Shown: positions 29,737 through 39,852, numbered from the stretch's first letter. The stretch is 64,000 bases of DNA from an uncultured Gemmataceae bacterium (GCA_963750165.1 CAVVPN010000012.1:544001-608000), one strand, 5' to 3'. The notes: a model not told the origin generated them from the letters alone. Numbers and translations: made by a program.

Positions 29737-31227
29737 TCACGCCGCAAATTTACGTCGCGGTCTCAATAGGGCCGGAGGGGCACGATCCAGTGCGCAGGGC
29801 GCCAGGCTTTCGGGCTGGGCGGCCAGGTCCACGGTGGGGTCGATCAATTCCTGATAAGGTCGAGCGTTGAGGGAGGCCACCACACGGGCGTTAACAACCG
29901 GGCGGACACCCGTACGCGCCTGCTCCAGGTCCGCAACATGATGGGCAAACTGGAGTATCATGTCGGGGCGACGGCTCATCTCGCGCACCTGGCGGGGGTT
30001 CAGGTATTCGCGGGGATCGATCTCCCGCCGCGCTCCCGTCCGGGGATCGGTCAGGGACATCGCGAACGTCTTGATATCCTTGTGCCGCAGCATCATATGC
30101 CACGCGAACCGGTGCCCCTGCTCCGTCCAGGAGACGTTGCCGGGGTACAGCCAGTGGCGCAACGGCGCCAGCAGCTGAACGGCAAGGTAAAGGTGGAGCA
30201 GGACCAGGGCCGTGGTCTGGCGAACGGAGGCCGGGCGTCGAGCGTGGGCCGGGGTGTCAGGGGCCGCTTGCGGGAACCACCTGCGCGGCCAGCCTGGGCT
30301 GCGGAAAAGCGTTAGCGTTGCCAGGCTCAGCCAGGGGAAGACGCCGATGTGGAACAGGTAGTTGTTGAGCAGGTGGAAAACCAGCGCGACGGCTGCTGCC
30401 GGCCAGAACGTGCGTCGCCCCCAAAGGAGGAAGCCGACCGACAGATCGAACAGCGTGCTGCCGTAGGTCATCAGCGTGAGCCCGCCCGGCATTTCCAGCA
30501 AGGGCGGGACCAGGCGCCAATGGGCCCGGGCCCGCAGCCACAAGTGCAGCGGTTCCTCGCGCACCAGCCAGTCGTGATTCAGCTTGGCAATGCCGGCGAA
30601 GAAGTAGACAAGAGTTACCTGAGTCCGCAGCAAGAGGATGCTCCAGCGTGGCACCGTCCCGTCATAACAAGGTTGGACCGGTGATGTTGGAGGTCCGGTC
30701 TCTTGGCGGTGACGCCACGCGTCCAGGGACCAGGCACTTTGGGCCGGGGCAATGGCCAACAGGAAGCTCAGGAGGCAGATGAGGTAGTTGTGGTTGAGGT
30801 AACACGTTTTATCCAGCAGAAACACGTAGGTGAAGCCCAGGAAGAACCCCCACGCGGCCAGCCGATAAAAGAGGCCCACGGCCATCAGCGTGGCCAGTAG
30901 TCCGAGCACACCGAAGTGCCAGTACATGCCGTCTCCGGGCCAGGGCCGGACAAACGGGAACAGGAAGTACGTGAAATGAAACGTCGGCTCGACGTAGTAG
31001 CTGGTGATCCAACCGTTGGTCCAGTACTGCCCAACATTCCCGAGCATGAGCAGCCCGAAGCAGATGCGAAAGACCGCCAGGGAGGCGCCATCCACGGGGG
31101 CCAGGAACCCGTCCCGCCACCGGTCCGCAAAAGTAGAGAGCACCCCCGTGTACGCCCTGGGCGCCGTCAGGGTGGTCTGGGCGCCGTTGTTGCCCTTGCC
31201 GTCCTCGTCGAGAACCTGCTTGGCCAT
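29737..31227 (-). CDS. HTTM domain / vitamin K-dependent gamma-carboxylase-like membrane protein
   Basis: SLAVFRICFG, YLNHNYL, YFFAGIAKLNHDW, GHRFAWHMMLR, ASLNARPYQ.LIDPTVDL; a probable 1-nt indel near 29795 would give ...AHWIVPLRPY* ending 29763; start could be 31287. Confidence 0.9.
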   Translation of the reverse strand: MAKQVLDEDGKGNNGAQTTLTAPRAYTGVLSTFADRWRDGFLAPVDGASLAVFRICFGLLMLGNVGQYWTNGWITSYYVEPTFHFTYFLFPFVRPWPGDGMYWHFGVLGLLATLMAVGLFYRLAAWGFFLGFTYVFLLDKTCYLNHNYLICLLSFLLAIAPAQSAWSLDAWRHRQETGPPTSPVQPCYDGTVPRWSILLLRTQVTLVYFFAGIAKLNHDWLVREEPLHLWLRARAHWRLVPPLLEMPGGLTLMTYGSTLFDLSVGFLLWGRRTFWPAAAVALVFHLLNNYLFHIGVFPWLSLATLTLFRSPGWPRRWFPQAAPDTPAHARRPASVRQTTALVLLHLYLAVQLLAPLRHWLYPGNVSWTEQGHRFAWHMMLRHKDIKTFAMSLTDPRTGARREIDPREYLNPRQVREMSRRPDMILQFAHHVADLEQARTGVRPVVNARVVASLNARPYQELIDPTVDLAAQPESLAPCALDRAPPALLRPRRKFAA

Positions 31228-31303
31228 CTCACGAACCCAGGTAAGGGATCTCAGTCCGGTATCTGTTTGGCCAAATTGCTGGCCCATCCGGTAATGGCGA
31301 GAG

Positions 31304-32992
31304 TCAGAACGGATCCACTCCGGCCACGACCTTCCCGGCGATCACCGTGGTCTCGACGGCAATGTCACGCATCCTCTCGGCATCGACTTTGGTCGGATCG
31401 TTGGCGAGAATCAGGAAATCGGCCTGTTTTCCTTTTTCCAGCGATCCGCGATTCGCTTCCTCAAAGGAGGCGAAGGCGCCGCCGCGGGTCCAGGCGGTGA
31501 GGGCCTGCTCCGCCGTGGTCCGCAGCTTGGCGCCATAAACCTTGCCGTTGGTTTCGCAGCGGCGCGTAACCATGCTCTGCATCCGCAGCAGCGGGTCGGC
31601 CGGACTTACAGGGGAGTCGGAATTACCGGCGATCGGGATGCCCATGTCGATCATCAGCCGGTCGGCGTGCATCCAGTTCCAGCGGGCTTCGCCGTAGGCT
31701 TCCATGGTCTCGCCGTGCTCGAGGATGTAGGAGTGCGGGGCCACGACCAGCCCGAGCTTTTTGATCCGCTTGAGGATCTCTTCCGTGACCACGCTGCAAT
31801 GCTCGATGCGGTGGCGATGATCGGCGCGGGGATGCTGGGCCAGGGCGTTTTCGAAGGCGGTGAGCACCATGTCGATTTCGCGGTCGCCGTTGGCGTGGAC
31901 GCATGCCTGCAAACCGGCTTTGTGGATCTTGAGCACCAGGTCGTCCAGGCGTGCCTGCGACCGGGCGGGCCGGATGCCGAAATAGTCTTTCTTGTTGGCG
32001 TAGGGGGCCGAGAGCCAGCAGGTTTGCCCCGACAGCGAGGCGCCGTGGAAAAATTTGATCGGGCCGAACTTGACCCGCCTGTTCTTCGGAGCCATCTTTT
32101 GACGCCGGACGGCCTCCTCGATCTCACGCTCGCGCAGCATGATGTAAAGATGCATCGGCACCTGGTCGCTGCTGGCGATCGACAGCAGTTCCGCCGTGCG
32201 CACGGAAGTCCCGGCCACGTGAATGCTGGTGATGCCCTTCTTGAAGTACTCCTTGAAGCGTAGGCGATATCCTTCCATCACTTCCGATTGAGGCGGCTCG
32301 GGAGCCTTGGGGAGGTTGCGCGTGACGCGTGACGCGGCGGATTCCTTGAGAACGCCGGTCAACTCTCCCTTGGCATCGCGCTCGAATTCGCCACCGGCCG
32401 GATCCTTCGCGTCCTTGTCGAGCTTGGCAAGGTCAAGCGCGTAGCTGTTGCAAGCCCGCAGATGCCCGCTCGAATGCGAGATGATCACCGGGTGCTCGGT
32501 GCTGACGCGGTCGAGATCCTTTCGCGTGGGATGCCGGCCGAGAAGCGTGTCGCGGTAGCGTGAGCCCACCACAGTTTGTCCTTTCGGTGTCTTGGCCGCC
32601 TTTTTCTTGAGCGCCTCCACCAGGTCGTCGATCGTTTTTTTGTTGAAGAGATCGACGGACGCCCACAGTTTATCTTGAGCGTACGCCGGCGAGGGATGGC
32701 AGTGGGCATCAATGAATCCCGGCGTTACCGTCTTGCCTTTCAGATCGACAACGCGGGTTTTCTCGCCGATGTGGGGCTTGACGTCGTCATCCGAGCCGAC
32801 CGCGAGGAGCTTCCCGTCGGCGACGGCAAGCGCCGTCGCCCTTGAGTTCTTCGCACCCACGGTGAGCACGTTGGCATTGCGCACAACCAGCTCCGCCGGC
32901 TGGGCGCACACCGAGGGCACACCCCACGATAATGCCAGGGCAAAAATGCCGGCCCCAAGAGCGCAACGCCGACAGTCCTTGAAATGTCTCAT
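31304..32992 (-). CDS. Secreted amidohydrolase (Amidohydro_3, YtcJ-like)
   Basis: PGFIDAHCH, HANGDRE, RHRIEHCS, GSLEKGKQADF; N-terminal signal peptide. Confidence 0.9.
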   Translation of the reverse strand: MRHFKDCRRCALGAGIFALALSWGVPSVCAQPAELVVRNANVLTVGAKNSRATALAVADGKLLAVGSDDDVKPHIGEKTRVVDLKGKTVTPGFIDAHCHPSPAYAQDKLWASVDLFNKKTIDDLVEALKKKAAKTPKGQTVVGSRYRDTLLGRHPTRKDLDRVSTEHPVIISHSSGHLRACNSYALDLAKLDKDAKDPAGGEFERDAKGELTGVLKESAASRVTRNLPKAPEPPQSEVMEGYRLRFKEYFKKGITSIHVAGTSVRTAELLSIASSDQVPMHLYIMLREREIEEAVRRQKMAPKNRRVKFGPIKFFHGASLSGQTCWLSAPYANKKDYFGIRPARSQARLDDLVLKIHKAGLQACVHANGDREIDMVLTAFENALAQHPRADHRHRIEHCSVVTEEILKRIKKLGLVVAPHSYILEHGETMEAYGEARWNWMHADRLMIDMGIPIAGNSDSPVSPADPLLRMQSMVTRRCETNGKVYGAKLRTTAEQALTAWTRGGAFASFEEANRGSLEKGKQADFLILANDPTKVDAERMRDIAVETTVIAGKVVAGVDPF

Positions 32993-33129
32993 ACCAGATC
33001 TCCTCATCAGGCGTTAGCGCGGGTTTCCTGTGCTGGTCTCCGTGTTACGGCTGCGGATGATTTGGCTGCGAACGGCCGCAAACCGGATCTCGATCGGTGT
33101 GCTGCATCATATCGCGCAGCGGCGCCTTC

Positions 33130-34149
33130 TCACTTTGCCGCTTCGGCGCCGAGCACGACGATGCCGAAGGTCGCCCCGCCCTTGCCGTCGGGCACGTCGC
33201 ATGGCAGCAGGAACTGGTGCGTCATGGGGTCGATGGTGATCGTTTTCGCGCCGGGAGTCGTTTTGATGGTCTGGATTGTTTCGAATTTTCCGGTCGCCGT
33301 TTCCTTGACCACGCTCGCCGTGCCATCGCCGTTGGAGCTTATGGCGAGTCGGAGGGAGGGTTCAAACGCCACGCCGTCCACGTCCTTGCCGATGGGGGTC
33401 GTGCCCAGGACGGCGCCGGTCTTCGCATCGAGGATGACCATTTGTTGATTGCCGCAGCCCGCGAAGAGGCGCATACGCTCGGTGTCAATCGCCAGTCCCG
33501 TCGGGGCTTGGCCCGGCCCGAGCGGCCAGCGGGCCAGCAGTTTGTTGGTCATGCTGTCGATCTGCACGACTTCGTTCCTGTCCTGGACACAGACGAATAG
33601 ATGCCCGGCGCCGTCGGCAACGCCGGATTCGAGGCGGCCTTTCACCGAAATCGTGACCGTGTTGGAGAGCGCAGCCGGATCGATGACGGTGATATCGCCG
33701 CCGTGGTCGTTGGCGAAAACGTGCTTGCTGGCGGGATCGTACACGATGCAGTCGGGCATGCCGCCGGTCTTCACCGTGTTGGTGATTTTCAGCGTCCTGA
33801 GGTCAAAAACGTTGACGCAGCGGTCCTTCCCGGCGCTGATAAAGCCCAGGTTCTGCTCGGGCGCCAGGGCCACGCCGTGTATGCGATTGCCGCCGGCGTT
33901 GGCAATGGTGCCAACGAGAACGCCGTTGTCGAGATCGACGACCTGCACAGTGGTGGAGCGCGGAACGTATAGCCGACGGGCCTCTGCATCGACGCAGAGG
34001 TAGTCCCATTTGCCTTGGCCGCCGAGCGGGATCGTTTTGAGGACCTTCAGCCGGGGCGTATTGTCGCCGCCGAAATACCAGTAGACGGCGGCCACTGCGG
34101 TGGCCAGGCCCAGAACGAGCAAAACAGCGAACATTCGGCGGCGCGTCAC
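33130..34149 (-). CDS. YncE/YVTN-like beta-propeller protein, N-terminally anchored or exported
   Basis: WDYLCVDAEARRLYV, HGVALAPE, PDCIVYDP, PTGLAID, DGVAFEP repeats. Confidence 0.85.
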   Translation of the reverse strand: MTRRRMFAVLLVLGLATAVAAVYWYFGGDNTPRLKVLKTIPLGGQGKWDYLCVDAEARRLYVPRSTTVQVVDLDNGVLVGTIANAGGNRIHGVALAPEQNLGFISAGKDRCVNVFDLRTLKITNTVKTGGMPDCIVYDPASKHVFANDHGGDITVIDPAALSNTVTISVKGRLESGVADGAGHLFVCVQDRNEVVQIDSMTNKLLARWPLGPGQAPTGLAIDTERMRLFAGCGNQQMVILDAKTGAVLGTTPIGKDVDGVAFEPSLRLAISSNGDGTASVVKETATGKFETIQTIKTTPGAKTITIDPMTHQFLLPCDVPDGKGGATFGIVVLGAEAAK

Positions 34150-34224
34150 GCATTCTCCTTTGCTGGTTCCAGTTGCCGAAAACTCCCCCTTGGCTTAAGG
34201 CACGCGGCAGGATTTTTCATCCTT

Positions 34225-35265
34225 TCAATCGTCGTCGTTGAGGGGGGAGTTGTCGGGGGAGTCCTGGTTGCCGTTTTGATTGATGACTCCGATGGCATAC
34301 CGAATGTCATCAGCGGTGCTGTTGCTGAAAAAATCGACATGTCCGTCCAGGTAAACGAAGAGGACGCCGCCGGTGTGCATGCTGCTGAAGCAACCGGCAG
34401 TGGTGAAGGCCTCAGTTGCGTTGGCGCAGGTACCAATCGTCTGGCAGTTGTAGTTGAACGGAGCACCGGTGGTTCCCAGCGCCCCCATCATGAAATTTTG
34501 GGACCAGTTGCTGCCCATCGCCCAGGTGCCGTATTCGTTATTTTGTTGCGGGTAGAAAGCGGGATTCGTGATGAGGCGGACGCGCTCGCCGACGGCGACC
34601 ACGTTGCTGGTGCCCGAAATGACTTGCGTCAGCCGCACCGTCGAGTTCTGGTAGAAGGCGCCGTCCCTACGAAAGCCGGTACCATTAAAAGTGCCCCAAT
34701 TATTGAAGCCGCCGGAATACACATATTTACCGTCGTCACAATTGTAAATAGACTCGGCGCCGCCCCACAAGGACGCCGGGTTGCTAAGACTGCCGGAGGA
34801 CACTGCGGCATAACTGATGGCGTACCTGTTGAAAATGTTGCCACCGGACGTCGTACGGTAGGTGAGGTCGTCGGTACTGGCGGGGCAGCGAAAAATGGAT
34901 GGTTGGGCTTGCGCAGCGGCCAGGTAATTCCCTTGGGACCAGTTGGGGGCTTGCACAAGGGAGATGGATTGAAAAAGATTATCTTGCTCAATGTAAGGGA
35001 GAATGAAGTAGGACCAGTAGGTCGCGTTGGACGGTTGGCCTGTGCCGTAACGGGCTACGCCGGGCGGGAGGCATTTGTAAGCTGTGTGGTAAGTTTGCAG
35101 GGCGAGACCGATCTGCTTCAGATTATTCCCGCATTGGGTTTGGGCGGCGGCAGCGCGTACTTTTTGCACGGCCGGGAGTAGCAGGCCAATCAGGACCGCA
35201 ATGATCGCGATCACCACCAGCAACTCCACGAGAGTGAAGCCGCGGCGTCGGGGTTGATGGGTCAT
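34225..35265 (-). CDS. DUF1559 prepilin-type / H-X9-DG protein
   Basis: [58 protein letters not shown]. Confidence 0.94.
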   Translation of the reverse strand: MTHQPRRRGFTLVELLVVIAIIAVLIGLLLPAVQKVRAAAAQTQCGNNLKQIGLALQTYHTAYKCLPPGVARYGTGQPSNATYWSYFILPYIEQDNLFQSISLVQAPNWSQGNYLAAAQAQPSIFRCPASTDDLTYRTTSGGNIFNRYAISYAAVSSGSLSNPASLWGGAESIYNCDDGKYVYSGGFNNWGTFNGTGFRRDGAFYQNSTVRLTQVISGTSNVVAVGERVRLITNPAFYPQQNNEYGTWAMGSNWSQNFMMGALGTTGAPFNYNCQTIGTCANATEAFTTAGCFSSMHTGGVLFVYLDGHVDFFSNSTADDIRYAIGVINQNGNQDSPDNSPLNDDD

Positions 35266-35582
35266 AATGACCTTCTCCTCGAAAAAAGTCCAAGCCGTGA
35301 GGCACATTTCAGAAGAGGGGAATTATACTTTGATAATACAGATACGTCTGAAATTTACAAACGAAAACCCGAGTAGATTTGATGAAAATCCTGCGTAGCG
35401 ATCGACCGCTGCCGCGTCGGACCAAGCGTCGCGGCCAAATCGCCATCCAGGTGGATCGTACGCACCCGGCGAAACACGTTGGAGGTGTCCTGCTCGCCGA
35501 AATAATGGCGGTCTGATCGCTGGAAATGGGTTCCGGAATTCGGCCCTCCCCATCGCGGGGTTCCCCGCGTGAAAGGAGGGCG

Positions 35583-36170
35583 GTAACCGTTCACCCTTCC
35601 GGGAGTAACCTGGGGCAGAGTTGGCCGGAGTGATGGGCGCAGAGCGCGTCGTGCAGGTAATCCGGCACATTTTTGGCTTGCAACCTTGGCGTTCGGACCA
35701 CGGTCAAGATCCGCTCCACGAAGTGATAACCCGCCTGGCTCCAACTGCCAAAACTGCGCTTCCGCCACAACACCGCCCGCCGCAACAAGCGCTCTACATG
35801 ATTGTTCGTCGGCTCCACTCCGTCCGTGGTTACGAACGTCCACAGCGCAGCCTCCAACGCCAGCACGTTCTCGCAAAACCGCGCCACGGGGAGGTCTTCG
35901 CCGAGGAGCGCACCGTCGAGCAACTCATAGTTCAGGCGCTGCTCGACGGGGGCCAACTTTGCTTGCAGTTGTGCCAGCGTGACCTGGGCCTCCTGGACCG
36001 CATGCCACGCGGCATAGACCTTTTTGACCAGCTTTTGCCCCTGTCGCCCACGTCCGCACTCGGGCCGCCGCGGTCGATGATTTTTTGGAAGTCGCGCTTC
36101 ACATGTGCCCAACAGCTTTGCCGACGCGCGGCCGGCACCTGGGCGTACACGCCGGGGCCAGCGCGCATAA
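35583..36170 (-). mobile_element. IS66-family remnant (3' part of TnpC plus right end), frameshifted
   Basis: RRQSCWAHVKRDF and GVEPTNNHVERLLRRAVLWRKRSFGS in different frames; terminal GTAACCGTTCAC at 35583. Confidence 0.88.
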
Positions 36171-36419
36171 TTGGGTAATTTGGATAACTTGCGCCATTGT
36201 CCACGGGTTGCTATTCTGGCTGTGCCGGGCGCCGGCCGGTAGTGAGCCGACGTTGGCTTGCCGCGGCCGGTGCCTTCGGCTTTTAGAAGGGCTGTTCAGA
36301 GAGGAAGAAAAATGCGCGAGATTTGCCGCTGTTTATGAACGGGTGAGGCGGCAGTTGAAGCCTATGCGTTGATGGAGGAGCAGGAAGGAAGGCGGCTGCG
36401 GCCTTCGAGGAATTGAACG

Positions 36420-36695
36420 ATGACTCAAGAACAACAAGGCCATTGGCTGGAACGGAAAATCGCGGCCCTTGATGCCCTCTATCACAAATTCGGTCGCGAT
36501 GGTTTCAGGGACCAGCAGCTTGCAGATGTCCAACTACTGCTGTCGGTCAAGGAGCTGCAATTCCGGGATGCAGCAAAGGGTCGCGATCTCAGTGAAGTGC
36601 AGAAAGCTGCAAATCGTCAGCTAGCGGGGATTATTCATCAGCGGTTCCAGGAGGAGGCTCTCGCTTCTTCAAGATACGTTGTGGGTAGGTTTTGA
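36420..36695 (+). CDS. Small hypothetical protein
   Basis: 91-aa ORF with GAGGA SD and helical, non-shadow composition; no family recognised. Confidence 0.4.
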   Translation: MTQEQQGHWLERKIAALDALYHKFGRDGFRDQQLADVQLLLSVKELQFRDAAKGRDLSEVQKAANRQLAGIIHQRFQEEALASSRYVVGRF

Positions 36696-36762
36696 ACCCT
36701 GGCGGAGGATTGGCGGCGCACCGCCCCCTACCCCCAACTCTTTTTTCAGCTTGGCCGATCGC

Positions 36763-36975
36763 TTATCCTCCCGCTGGCAGGGCCGCCGCGCTCAGGACCG
36801 CGGCGCAGACCTGGCGGTAGTAGTCCAGGTACGGCCAGGAGTTTGACAGGCGCACCACCACCCGCCGGCAACTGACCACCACCTCGGCCGACACCTTGAT
36901 CAGCAGCAACCGCCAGGTCGCCGGCTGCCCTTCCCCCAAGCCCAGCCGTTCGCAGACCGCGTACATCCACGGCAT
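36763..36975 (-). mobile_element. IS1380-like transposase C-terminal fragment
   Basis: QPATWRLLLIKVSAEVVVSCRRVVVRLSNSWPY resembles the IS1380 C-terminus. Confidence 0.7.
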
Positions 36976-37170
36976 GCCGAACCCCGTCGAGGCATTGGCG
37001 CGGGCGTTCAACTCTCGATCTGCCAGCGATGGCTCCCCGGTGTCCGGCGTGTAGCCGAGGCGGTTGAGCAGTTCGTCCGGCTTCAAATCGAGCAGCGGAT
37101 TGTGCTGCGCGGTCCAAGTGCCCTGGCGCGCCAGCACATTTTGGAGTGTAGAGAGTTCCAGGGGAGTCAT
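36976..37170 (-). pseudogene. Truncated N-terminus (propeptide) of a probable papain-like C1 peptidase
   Basis: WTAQHNPLLDL.PDE..NRLGYTP..GEPSLADRE; follows an I42 inhibitor; fused in frame to the IS fragment. Confidence 0.5.
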
Positions 37171-37204
37171 TCGGCGGCCCTTTCTCGGCTGAGGTTTGGG
37201 GTGG

Positions 37205-37534
37205 TCCTGACGTCGCCACCAGCGTGAAGTGACGGCGTTCGATGGCCGAGCCCGCGCCCAGCCACTCGCGCACCAAGAGCAGAGACAACCGAGCCTGCCC
37301 CTTGCCTCGAACCAACAGGCGGAAGACGCGCTCGCCGCCACCGCCCACCTGAGCGTTTGGCGCGGCGTGCCAGTCGCTGCTGAGAACCTCAATGACAGCC
37401 GGCTCAGACACTTCCAGGTTCCAGCGATACCCGGTCGCAGGGGTTTCCTGCAGCCGGAGGACCACTTCCTGGCCTACCTTCACGGTTCGGGTCGCGCCGT
37501 CGTCAACGTCCGTAAGGATCAGTGGTTGGTCCAT
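37205..37534 (-). CDS. Chagasin-family cysteine peptidase inhibitor (I42); natural stop apparently lost
   Basis: VKVGQEVVLRLQETPATGYRW, VGGGG, VREW loops; domain ends near FTLVAT but the frame reads through to 36746. Confidence 0.75.
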
Positions 37535-37659
37535 TCCGGCACCCCAATGTTCCGCAGATATTGGGCGCATGAACTCATGCTCATTGTCTCTCACCCGGTC
37601 TGCTAGATCAAGGAGAGCCGACTGCTCTTGAACGAATTCACTTTAATCTGCCCGTTGCC

Positions 37660-37796
37660 CGCCGCCAGAGTCGCTCTGTCCTCGCTGTGGAGTCGCCGGG
37701 CCAGCACGTCCGGGCTAAATTCGGGGGTGTACGTTCCCATGTTACGTTCTATACACGGCCACTCAAGTGATGCGTAGAAGGTGTGACGGAGTTGTA
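37660..37796 (-). mobile_element. Probable left end and first codons of a truncated IS701-like element
   Basis: MGTYTPEFSPDVLAR from ATG 37740 resembles (from memory) Gemmataceae IS701 transposase N-termini; end abuts TTAG. Confidence 0.4.
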
Positions 37797-37802
37797 TTAG
37801 AA

Positions 37803-39190
37803 CTGGACTTTTGCAAAGTTGGTTTCTCGATGCCGTAGCTGTTGAATCTTGTACACTATCCTGGGCAAAATCGCTCGGCGGTGTTGTGGAGTCTGCCATG
37901 GCTGGCATTGTTGAATTCCCCCAGGTGGTTCAGGAAGCGCTGCGCGTCTACGGCGATCTGTTGCCTAACGAACCGCAACGGCGCCACTTCGCTGAATACC
38001 TCACCGGCTTGTTCGTCGCTGAGCGCAAGACCGTCTGTGGCATCAACCGTGAATTCGCTCAGACCACCGACCAATCCTGCCTCAACCGCTTCCTCACCGA
38101 CGCCACCTGGGACGTGCAACAACTCAACCAACGCCGTCTCGACTCCTTGCAACAGGAACCCTCGACCCGCTATTGTGAGCACGGCATCATCCCCATCGAC
38201 AACACCTTGATCGACCACCACGGTGAGTACATTCAGGATGCCGGCTGGTTCTGGGACCACGCCGAGGAGCGCTACAAGATCGCTCACGATTACCTGATCG
38301 TGAATTACGTCTGCACTAATGGCAAGCATTACCCCCTGGACTTCCGCCGCTTTCAGAAGGCCGACCTGTGTGATTGCCTGGAGGTGCCGTTCAAGGATCA
38401 CACCGTCTTGTGCCAGGAACTCATCGACTGGGTCTGCGCCCAAAGCATCCCGGGCACCTTCGCCTTCGACAGCTACTTCACCAATGCCCCGATCCTGAAC
38501 CACATCCACGGTAAGCAGTTAGCGAACGGCCAACCCCGTGGCTACGTCGGCTCGCTCAAGTTCAACCGCAAGTTAGAATACCAGGGGCGGTTGGTCAAGG
38601 CGGACGCCCTGGCAGCTACCATCGCCCCGGAGGTGCGCAAGCCGTTGCGGGAAGGCGACCGCCGGCAGTGGTACTTCACCTGCACGTTGCGCCTGCCGGA
38701 CGTGCAGCACAAAGTCCGCATCGTGATCATTTGGAACCAGCGGGACGATACCAGCCCACGGATCATCCTGGTGACCAACCGGACGCAGTGGGAGGTCAGT
38801 CGGGTGGTGCGGGGTTACCGGCATCGCTGGACGGGCACCGAGACCTTTCATCGGGATGGCAAGCAACAGTTGGGCATGGGGGACTGTCAGTTGCGTGACA
38901 GCGAGGGCCAGACCCGGCACGTGCACCTCGTCATGCTGGCGTACAGTCTCCTGATGAAACAATTGCGGCAGAGCCATGCGTATGAATGGGCCTTCGAGAA
39001 GCTGACGACCATCGGCCAAGCCTGTCGAGCGATCGGGCGGGAAACCCTGCGCAAAACACTGACCTGGGCCATGGACCATGCCACGAAATTCCAGTGGAGT
39101 ACCGAGCGGATTGTGGCTCATCTGGGCCTCATGTAAGAACGATCATAGGTTTCACAAAAATCAAAGGTTTCCAACTTTGCAAAAGTCCAG
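37803..39190 (+). mobile_element. Intact IS701-like insertion sequence (1388 bp)
   Basis: Perfect 20-bp IR CTGGACTTTTGCAAAGTTGG (37803-37822 / 39171-39190); direct repeat TTAGAA at 37797-37802 and 39191-39196. Confidence 0.92.
37898..39136 (+). CDS. DDE transposase (IS701 family)
   Basis: YLTGL..AERKT, DQSCLNRFLT, IDNT, FDSYF, YRHRW..ETFHRDGKQQLG...CQLR. Confidence 0.9.
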   Translation: MAGIVEFPQVVQEALRVYGDLLPNEPQRRHFAEYLTGLFVAERKTVCGINREFAQTTDQSCLNRFLTDATWDVQQLNQRRLDSLQQEPSTRYCEHGIIPIDNTLIDHHGEYIQDAGWFWDHAEERYKIAHDYLIVNYVCTNGKHYPLDFRRFQKADLCDCLEVPFKDHTVLCQELIDWVCAQSIPGTFAFDSYFTNAPILNHIHGKQLANGQPRGYVGSLKFNRKLEYQGRLVKADALAATIAPEVRKPLREGDRRQWYFTCTLRLPDVQHKVRIVIIWNQRDDTSPRIILVTNRTQWEVSRVVRGYRHRWTGTETFHRDGKQQLGMGDCQLRDSEGQTRHVHLVMLAYSLLMKQLRQSHAYEWAFEKLTTIGQACRAIGRETLRKTLTWAMDHATKFQWSTERIVAHLGLM

Positions 39191-39384
39191 TTAGAAGCAA
39201 TCGGAAGGATGTCTGCCTCCAAGCGTATGCCCTGCAGTTGGCTGTGGCAACGGTCCGACGTGAATCTTGCGTGCTTCGTCCCGCCCCACCTATGCGAGCA
39301 CCGCACTTCCGCTAAACTGCTTCGGACACATCGACGAATGCGGCCACGGAAAGGCCGATGGTATGCTCGGCCTGGTGTGTGCTG

Positions 39385-39625
39385 GAACGTGCAGGCGTCG
39401 CCACGCTGATCCTGGCCTCGGGCCAGCCGACCGGCGGCACTCCTCGACCGTCAGTTCCGTGCCGCCGCGGTCGGGCAAGCCCCACCCGATGCTGGACCTG
39501 GGCGGCACGCCGGACGCCGCCGTCGTTGACTGGCTCAAGGCAACCGCCGTATCAGTGCTGAACATCGCCGGGCCGCGCGCGAGCGGCGCCCCGGGCGTCC
39601 ACGCAAGGCGGCGCCGTTCATGCGT
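39385..39625 (+). pseudogene. Fragment of putative molybdenum-carrier (SLOG) family gene
   Basis: ATLILASGQPTGGT, then after a frameshift GKPHPMLDL..VVDWL...VLNIAGPRASGAPG. Confidence 0.65.
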
Positions 39626-39814
39626 GCCGAATACACCCGTGATCGATAGCAGTTCCGGCTGATTGCTTCCCTGTCCAGCCGCCGGACAAACGGCACACAC
39701 CGGGCTACACCTTCTACACCCGACTACACCCGCTGTCAGGGTTTTCGAGGGGCAACTGGTGTAGTGGAAAATGTAACAACCTGGAAATTCCAGGGGTTTC
39801 GGGTGTTTCCTGCT

Positions 39815-39852
39815 TTAGAAATCCGCTGCTCTATCCCCTGAGCTACTGCCCC
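39815..39852 (-). pseudogene. 5' half of tRNA-Arg(TCT); att-site scar
   Basis: GGGGCAGTAGCTCAGGGGATAGAGCAGCGGA-TTTCTAA; similarity stops exactly at the end of the anticodon loop; no T-arm. Confidence 0.85.

Noticed and set aside
29555..29740. DinB-like remnant (VVNNYHHRGQMVQ)
   Set aside because: Single short motif in a degenerate frame; insufficient support
29737..31227. Carboxylase-like protein modifying the neighbouring giant protein
   Set aside because: Separated by 1.2 kb, and the giant is Glu-poor with no Gla-like cluster; nothing beyond proximity
36746..37594. 282-aa and 209-aa ORFs as genuine novel fusion proteins
   Set aside because: Explained by read-through across inhibitor, protease stump and IS debris
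39775..39852. Functional or intron-split tRNA-Arg
   Set aside because: No 3' anticodon stem, T-arm or acceptor strand found nearby; integrase context favours an att scar
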